Shown here one piece after another: positions 58,666 to 64,000 of a stretch of DNA of 64,000 nucleotides; the first letter of the stretch is position 1, and the number at the start of each line of letters is the position of its first letter. The position numbers and the translations under genes were made by a program. The stretch is from an uncultured Bacteroidia bacterium (GTDB taxonomy: Bacteria > Bacteroidota > Bacteroidia > NS11-12g > UBA955). The stretch spans positions 501 to 64,500 of the forward strand of contig CALKCM010000005.1 in NCBI GenBank assembly GCA_938086785.1. Reading direction: 5' to 3'. The notes under the pieces are model-generated. The model had not been told where the DNA came from, did no database searches, and worked only from the letters and a program-made list of their open reading frames with translations.

Positions 58666-60771
58666 TTATTTTAGAATAAGCTTCTTTGTAGAAGTAGAAT
58701 GATTGGTTTTAATAACAACTACATAAACACCAGGAGATTGATTTAATTGCAATGGGTTACTGATATTCAGATTATCATTAGCATACACCACTTCTCCCAT
58801 GCTATTGTAAAGTTTAAGAGAAGAATGAGATGTGTTTTCAGTCTGAATATTAATAAGCCCTTCAGAAGGATTAGGGTAAATTGAAAAAACGGGAGCACGC
58901 TTAACCTTAGAAAAAATAGAAGCCGTGGTTTCTGGTGTATAGGAAAACACTCCCAAATCGTTGCTTGCCCACCATAAGGTTCCAGCGTCATCAAATGCAA
59001 TGCTTGATCTAGCAGATGTTTTTTTATGTGAGACATTATCAATGAGTAACTCTCCCCAAACATCATCAAGCAATGTAGTTACACCGTATTGATGTGCAAA
59101 ATACATTCTTCCTTCTGAGTCGCTTTCGATGGACAATGCTTTATAATTATCTATCTTACTTATATTTTCTTTTATCGGATTCGTGAAAACATTACCATCA
59201 AATTTAATTGCGCCCACTTTAGCTGATATCCATACATTGTCATTTTCATCAAAATGAAAATCTCCTTTTGGCTGATCTATAACCGAGTATTCCTTTTGGT
59301 CAAAAGTGGTCCATTTCCCATCAGTATCTATTTTTTGAATTTGCGAATTTCCACTCCAATCATAAGATGCAATCCATATATTATTGTTGGCATCAATGCT
59401 AAGGCCAGAAGTAGCCTCTAAATCAGAGAGTGGTGAATTCGTTGTATTATACTCCGAAACATTACCCTTCTCAATCATGTGAATTCGTCTCGAAGCTAAG
59501 ACATATATTTTCCCTTTGGTATCCGAAGCCAACTGACCACGAGTCACTTCTTCAAATGTTGACCATTTTTTACCATTGTAATGATGCAATCCCTCGTATG
59601 AACTTAGCCATACATCATCTTCTGCTAAAAAAAGAATATCTTCAATCCCGAATCTCCAATTTAGACTATCTGGCAGTTCAAGAGAAGACCAATTGCCTTT
59701 AGGGTCAACAACAGCAATAGACCAGGTTGATGTTCTCCCCATTATGAAAAATATATTTCCATTACTGCCCTTGTGAACCTGATTAATGTTATTCACTTCA
59801 ATGGTGTTTGAGGAAATACTTGTTGAACGGATTATACCCTTGTCACTTGCAGACATATAGATATTATTACAAAACCAACGTTGGTTTTCAGCATCTATAT
59901 AATAATACGAATCATCAAAAACGAGAAGATCTAATGCTGCAGTCTGTGCATCAGTATATGCCGTCCAATTCCCCTTATTTAATTGAAAAATATTAGATTC
60001 TAAATTCAGGTATACCTTGCCATCTAAATCCTCGGCAAATTGCATCCGATCCCCTCCAGAGCCAAAATTATAAATTTCCCAGTTCGTTCCATCATACCTC
60101 GCAGTTTTGGTTAAGTCTCCTCCAAAAAACAAATCTCCTGACTTGCTAAAAAACAGTTCCGCATTACGGTAACCTATGAGCGAATCGTTTTTCGAAATGT
60201 GAGTCCATGCCTCTTTTTCGAATTTGTGAACGCCATCATGAGTTCCTGCAAAGACATCGCCATTTTTATCAAGTTCAATATCCCACACTCTAAAAAATGC
60301 TCCAAGTTCAGACTTATCATACCTTGTCCAGTTCTCCCCTTGTTTACGTAAAACTCCTTCCGAAGTTCCTACCCATAAGTCGCCATTAGAAGCAACTTCG
60401 ATATCAAAAAGTTCCAGTGTATTTATATTAACTACTAAGGCCGATGGAATTTTCACATCCTCTATATCAGATCCATTAAATATTCCAATAGTCTGAACCA
60501 TGCTTAAATAAATATCGCCATTTGGCGCTTCGGTTACAGAACTAATTTTATTATTCTCAAGTGTAGAATTGGTAGTCGTGTAAGTCGTTTTTTCAAGCGT
60601 GGTCTTACTCATCACAATAAGACCATAATCGGTTGCCATAATTAATTCACTGTCCTTATCAACTAAATCATTGATTTTTTCAGGGCTTTGATGAGGAACC
60701 CATTCTTGAGCCTTAGCAACTGAGGAAAAAAGTGTTGCCATTAAAAAGAGGAGAGATTTGAGCGTATTCAT
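58666..60771 (-). CDS. secreted beta-propeller protein (two-component-regulator-propeller-like repeats) with a T9SS C-terminal sorting domain
   Basis: Signal peptide present. Many ~45-aa repeats with D..G.(I/L)W(I/V) patterns. The C-terminal SIYPNPSEGLINI ... KLILK is a T9SS signature. Confidence 0.7.
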   Translation of the reverse strand: MNTLKSLLFLMATLFSSVAKAQEWVPHQSPEKINDLVDKDSELIMATDYGLIVMSKTTLEKTTYTTTNSTLENNKISSVTEAPNGDIYLSMVQTIGIFNGSDIEDVKIPSALVVNINTLELFDIEVASNGDLWVGTSEGVLRKQGENWTRYDKSELGAFFRVWDIELDKNGDVFAGTHDGVHKFEKEAWTHISKNDSLIGYRNAELFFSKSGDLFFGGDLTKTARYDGTNWEIYNFGSGGDRMQFAEDLDGKVYLNLESNIFQLNKGNWTAYTDAQTAALDLLVFDDSYYYIDAENQRWFCNNIYMSASDKGIIRSTSISSNTIEVNNINQVHKGSNGNIFFIMGRTSTWSIAVVDPKGNWSSLELPDSLNWRFGIEDILFLAEDDVWLSSYEGLHHYNGKKWSTFEEVTRGQLASDTKGKIYVLASRRIHMIEKGNVSEYNTTNSPLSDLEATSGLSIDANNNIWIASYDWSGNSQIQKIDTDGKWTTFDQKEYSVIDQPKGDFHFDENDNVWISAKVGAIKFDGNVFTNPIKENISKIDNYKALSIESDSEGRMYFAHQYGVTTLLDDVWGELLIDNVSHKKTSARSSIAFDDAGTLWWASNDLGVFSYTPETTASIFSKVKRAPVFSIYPNPSEGLINIQTENTSHSSLKLYNSMGEVVYANDNLNISNPLQLNQSPGVYVVVIKTNHSTSTKKLILK

Positions 60772-60898
60772 GTTTATTTTTTGAGTGTTTTTTAAAACTA
60801 CTTATATGGTAGCAATTGAAATAAACTCCGAAATTCATGATTTATAAACAATTACCATCATGCCTAAAGGTGAAAACCTAATGTTTCATTCAAAGAAA

Positions 60899-60930
60899 TA
60901 AAAAAAGCCAACCCCGACAGGAATTGGCTT
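60899..60930 (-). terminator. intrinsic terminator after tRNA-Arg
   Basis: Stem AAGCCAA/TTGGCTT with a 12-nt loop, followed on the minus strand by T7. Confidence 0.6.
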
Positions 60931-60937
60931 TTGAAAG

Positions 60938-61011
60938 TGACCCCATCAGGATTCGAACCTGAGACCTACTGCTTAGAAGGCAGTTGCTCTATCCAGCTGA
61001 GCTATGGAGTC
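60938..61011 (-). tRNA. tRNA-Arg (anticodon TCT)
   Basis: Hand-folded cloverleaf GACTCCA-TA-GCTC..GAGC-A-ACTGC-CTTCTAA-GCAGT-AGGTC-TCAGG-TTCGAAT-CCTGA-TGGGGTC-A. No CCA is encoded. Confidence 0.9.
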
Positions 61012-61023
61012 CTCATTAGAGAA

Positions 61024-61055
61024 CAAAAAAGCCTTCCTGTGTTAAGAAGAAGGCT
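61024..61055 (-). terminator. hairpin plus T-run between tRNA-Pro and tRNA-Arg (terminator-like)
   Basis: Stem AGCCTTC/GAAGGCT, followed on the minus strand by T6. Confidence 0.5.
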
Positions 61056-61068
61056 CGTTAAAAGTTCG

Positions 61069-61142
61069 TCGGGGTGACAGGATTCGAACCTACGACCCCC
61101 TGGTCCCAAACCAGGTACGCTACCGGACTGCGCTACACCCCG
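61069..61142 (-). tRNA. tRNA-Pro (anticodon TGG)
   Basis: CGGGGTG acceptor stem pairing with CACCCCG, anticodon loop TTTGGGA, T-arm GTAGG-TTCGAAT-CCTGT. Confidence 0.9.
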
Positions 61143-61168
61143 AACTTTGTAGAAACGAGTTCTACTTG

Positions 61169-61256
61169 CGGTGAGGGCGGGATTCGAACCCGCGGTACCC
61201 TTTTGGAGTACGGCAGTTTAGCAAACTACTGGTTTAAGCCACTCACCCACCTCACC
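61169..61256 (-). tRNA. tRNA-Ser (anticodon GCT), long variable arm
   Basis: 88 nt. GGTGAGG acceptor stem, anticodon stem GTAGT/ACTGC with loop TTGCTAA, long variable arm, T-arm GCGGG-TTCGAAT-CCCGC. Confidence 0.9.
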
Positions 61257-61266
61257 AATGGGGGTG

Positions 61267-61274
61267 CAAATATA
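61267..61274 (-). promoter_or_regulatory. candidate -7 promoter box of the tRNA-Ser/Pro/Arg operon
   Basis: The minus strand reads TATATTTG (TAnnTTTG), 10 nt upstream of the mature 5' end of tRNA-Ser. Confidence 0.5.
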
Positions 61275-61396
61275 ATATCCTTTTTAATTTGTGCTAACTT
61301 TTTATGTGTTTTATATAAAAAAAAAATTAGAGATATAAAATTCCTGCCTTTTACCTTGTTATAAGAGCTTTTAACACTATACTTGAACTAATAAAT

Positions 61397-64000
61397 ATGC
61401 CCAATACGAACTATAAATTTAGAGATATCAAATCGTATTCCAGCACGGAATGGCTTGCTAACAATTCAAAGAAGTATCGAAATGTTTTTGATGAGCAAGA
61501 AATTGCCTATGTATATTGTGAAGTTAGTTTTCTAAATAAGCTCTACGATTCTAAATCTTGGAATTTAGACATGCAGCTAAAATGTTTTGACATGGATGAG
61601 AATGAAATTTGTGATCTTAACTGCAATCGCAAGATTGAATCAAGCGAAAACATAATATATGTTCGTGAGGGCTGGGGAGTAAAAACAACTGGAGCTTATT
61701 GGAAATCGGGTAAATACAGATGGGAAGCCATTATTGAGGGAGAAACAATAGCAACCAAGGAGTTTTATATTGAAAACCAAGGCCTAGTTAGAGATGGGTT
61801 CAACCCCTACTTTGAGCTTAAAGAGGTAAAACTCTATGAAGCTAGCTCGGATGAAACCTTGCATACCGAAAAGAAGTATTACAAGGTATTTAATGCGCTA
61901 AACACCCGATATGTTTGGATAGAGGCCAGTTGCTTAAACATTACCCGCCGAGTTTCAGATTTACCCATTGAGTTAATCATTAACTTTAGAACGGAAAGTG
62001 GCTACTTAAAAGGAAGTATTTCCAAATTGTTTTTTGTTAAACCAGAAGAAGATAGCTTTAAAGTAACGGTTGGCTGGGGTTCAGATATTGTGGGCACATG
62101 GACTAGAGGAAAATATATAGCCGAAGTTTTATTTATGGATAACCTCATTGCCATTGCTCCATTTGAAATTGGCGATGATTATGTAGAAGCGAGTAAAGAA
62201 GACTTTGCCATACAATCCAACTGGTTAAATGAAACAGAAAAAGTTTTAAAGGAGGATTCAACACCTCTTTTAAATACGCCTAAAAGTCAGAGTTTCGACG
62301 AGGTAATGTCTGAACTGGATGGAATGATTGGGCTCAATGGCATCAAAACAAAAATTCGTGAATACAGTGACTACTTAAGGTTTGTTGCTTTAAGAAAAGA
62401 TAAGGGCTTCGATGAGACAGATAAAGTGAGCCTTCATGCCATATTTAAGGGAAACCCCGGCACGGGTAAGACCACAGTGGCACGATTGCTTGGTAAAATA
62501 TATAAAGAGCTTGGCTTACTCAAAAAAGGACATGTACACGAAGTAGATCGCGGCGATTTAGTTGCAGAATTCATTGGACAAACAGCTCCAAAAACCAAAG
62601 AGGCCATTAAAAAGGCCAAAGGCGGCATTCTTTTTATTGACGAGGCCTATGCCCTTGCTCGTAAAGAGGATGACAATAAAGACTTTGGTAGAGAAGCCAT
62701 AGAAGTACTTCTTAAGGAACTGAGCGACTCAAAAGACATTGCCATCATATGTGCTGGCTACCCCGACGAAATGGATGTATTCTTAGATTCAAACCCAGGG
62801 TTAAGAAGTCGTTTTAATATGCACTATGACTTTGTAGATTACATTCCGCAGGAACTGTTGGAAATAGCTGATTATTCGGCTAATGAAAAGGCAGTATCCT
62901 TCTCCGAAAACGCCAAAGAGCAGCTCTATAAATACTTGGTAGACAAGTACAGAAATAGAGATCAATTCTTTGGAAATGCACGGATGGTTCACTCATTGGT
63001 AGATGAGGCAAAGATGAATCTTGGACTGCGCGTTATGAAAACAGATAAGCCAGAGGAACTCTCTAGAGATCAACTTTCTACTATTGAACCCGAAGACTTT
63101 GAGAAAATTTTAAAAGCAGGAGAAAACACCCTCCCAGATATACCCATTGATGAAGAACTACTCAAAGATTCCTTGAGCAAGCTTAAAAATATGATTGGGC
63201 TAGCTAAAGTAAAAGAGGATATTGAGGAAGTAGTAAAACTGGTTAGATACTACAAAAATCAGGGGAAAGATGTACGCCAATCGTTCAGTTTACATTCTGT
63301 TTTTAGCGGAAATCCAGGGACGGGTAAAACTACAGTGGCACGAATATTAGCTCAAATTTACAAGGCGCTCGGTATTCTAGAACGCGGCCACCTTATGGAG
63401 TGTGACCGTCAAAGTTTAGTGGGTGGATATGTAGGACAAACAGCCATAAAAACGACAGATGTAATTAATAGAGCCATAGGAGGCGTGCTTTTTATTGATG
63501 AAGCCTATAGCTTAAGTGATGGCGGAAGCAGTGATTATGGGCGAGAAGCCATTGAAGCATTGCTTAAAAGAATGGAAGATCAACGCGGCCAATTTATTGT
63601 AATTGCAGCGGGATATACCCAGAACATGCACAAGTTTATGGAATCGAACCCGGGTCTTAAGAGCCGTTTTGATAGAACTTTTGACTTTGAAGATTTTACC
63701 AGCGAGGAACTCTACACCATCGCCATTAATCAACTTACGGAGAATAACTTAAAAGCAGAAAAAGCTGCAAGTGAACACTTGATGAAGTACATTGAATTTT
63801 TACATACGAAAAGAGACAAGTACTTTGGAAATGGAAGGGCTGTGCGAAAGGTAATTGAAGAATCCATTCGCAATCAACATTTAAGATTGAGTGAATTACC
63901 CAAATCTAAATTAACTGCAAAAGTGGTGGAAACCATTCTTTTAGAAGATGTAATAGAATTTAATACCGACTTAAAACCAGGAACACCAAATAGTGGAATA
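61397..64000 (+). CDS. large AAA+ ATPase with a duplicated N-terminal domain followed by two CbbX/SpoVK-type AAA+ modules. The 3' end lies beyond the window, and the gene is not in the supplied ORF track.
   Basis: Hand translation shows 868 codons with no stop from the ATG at 61397 to the window edge. Two Walker A motifs (GNPGTGKTTVAR twice), Walker B (ILFIDEAYAL, VLFIDEAYSL), and AGY..M..F...NPGL(R/K)SRF twice. Confidence 0.85.
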   Translation, partial: MPNTNYKFRDIKSYSSTEWLANNSKKYRNVFDEQEIAYVYCEVSFLNKLYDSKSWNLDMQLKCFDMDENEICDLNCNRKIESSENIIYVREGWGVKTTGAYWKSGKYRWEAIIEGETIATKEFYIENQGLVRDGFNPYFELKEVKLYEASSDETLHTEKKYYKVFNALNTRYVWIEASCLNITRRVSDLPIELIINFRTESGYLKGSISKLFFVKPEEDSFKVTVGWGSDIVGTWTRGKYIAEVLFMDNLIAIAPFEIGDDYVEASKEDFAIQSNWLNETEKVLKEDSTPLLNTPKSQSFDEVMSELDGMIGLNGIKTKIREYSDYLRFVALRKDKGFDETDKVSLHAIFKGNPGTGKTTVARLLGKIYKELGLLKKGHVHEVDRGDLVAEFIGQTAPKTKEAIKKAKGGILFIDEAYALARKEDDNKDFGREAIEVLLKELSDSKDIAIICAGYPDEMDVFLDSNPGLRSRFNMHYDFVDYIPQELLEIADYSANEKAVSFSENAKEQLYKYLVDKYRNRDQFFGNARMVHSLVDEAKMNLGLRVMKTDKPEELSRDQLSTIEPEDFEKILKAGENTLPDIPIDEELLKDSLSKLKNMIGLAKVKEDIEEVVKLVRYYKNQGKDVRQSFSLHSVFSGNPGTGKTTVARILAQIYKALGILERGHLMECDRQSLVGGYVGQTAIKTTDVINRAIGGVLFIDEAYSLSDGGSSDYGREAIEALLKRMEDQRGQFIVIAAGYTQNMHKFMESNPGLKSRFDRTFDFEDFTSEELYTIAINQLTENNLKAEKAASEHLMKYIEFLHTKRDKYFGNGRAVRKVIEESIRNQHLRLSELPKSKLTAKVVETILLEDVIEFNTDLKPGTPNSGI

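Noticed and set aside
61074-61364. 96-aa plus-strand ORF
   Set aside because: It runs straight through the tRNA-Pro and tRNA-Ser genes on the opposite strand, so it is spurious.
1-64000. CRISPR arrays, IS elements, integrases, prophage or defence-island hallmarks
   Set aside because: I scanned ORF products and intergenic regions and saw no regularly spaced repeats, no transposase, recombinase or phage-like proteins, and no long terminal inverted repeats.

Overview
This 64 kb window looks like a gene-dense, mostly housekeeping stretch of an AT-rich Bacteroidota chromosome, probably Flavobacteriales-like. Supporting marks are three proteins with T9SS C-terminal sorting domains, the rpmB-rpmG-DUF4295-ftsY-rimO arrangement, DUF4294, a BshC-like gene, and TAnnTTTG-type -7 boxes. 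Recognisable genes include gyrB, gyrA, topA, priA, ppk1, rseP, a PBP1A, lgt, ftsY, rimO, L28/L33/L31, nusB, hmgA, cystathionine beta-synthase, a GH92 mannosidase next to an MFS sugar transporter, an AlkB-type alkane hydroxylase, ISC accessory genes (hscB, fdx, iscX), and a tRNA-Ser/Pro/Arg operon. I found no transposase, integrase, CRISPR array, prophage or recognisable defence island, and I cannot honestly name a convincing new multi-gene system here. The items most worth a second look are listed below.

- **XRE regulator operators:** a small WLLTG-type XRE regulator is preceded by three evenly spaced TTACA-N2-TGTAA palindromes.
- **AAA+ ATPase:** an open-ended gene, absent from the ORF track, encodes a duplicated N-terminal domain followed by two CbbX/SpoVK-type AAA+ modules.
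- **MFS transporter:** it carries an inserted two-helix hairpin with a coiled coil, and a decayed paralog fragment lies just downstream.
- **18-nt direct repeat:** two copies (17/18 identical) bracket a 445-nt ORF-poor divergent intergenic region.
- **Head-to-head start overlap:** two divergent genes share a CATG at their start codons.
- **DUF4295-like ORF:** a 50-aa ORF between rpmG and ftsY is absent from the ORF track.

All homology calls come from reading motifs by eye. No database search was run.
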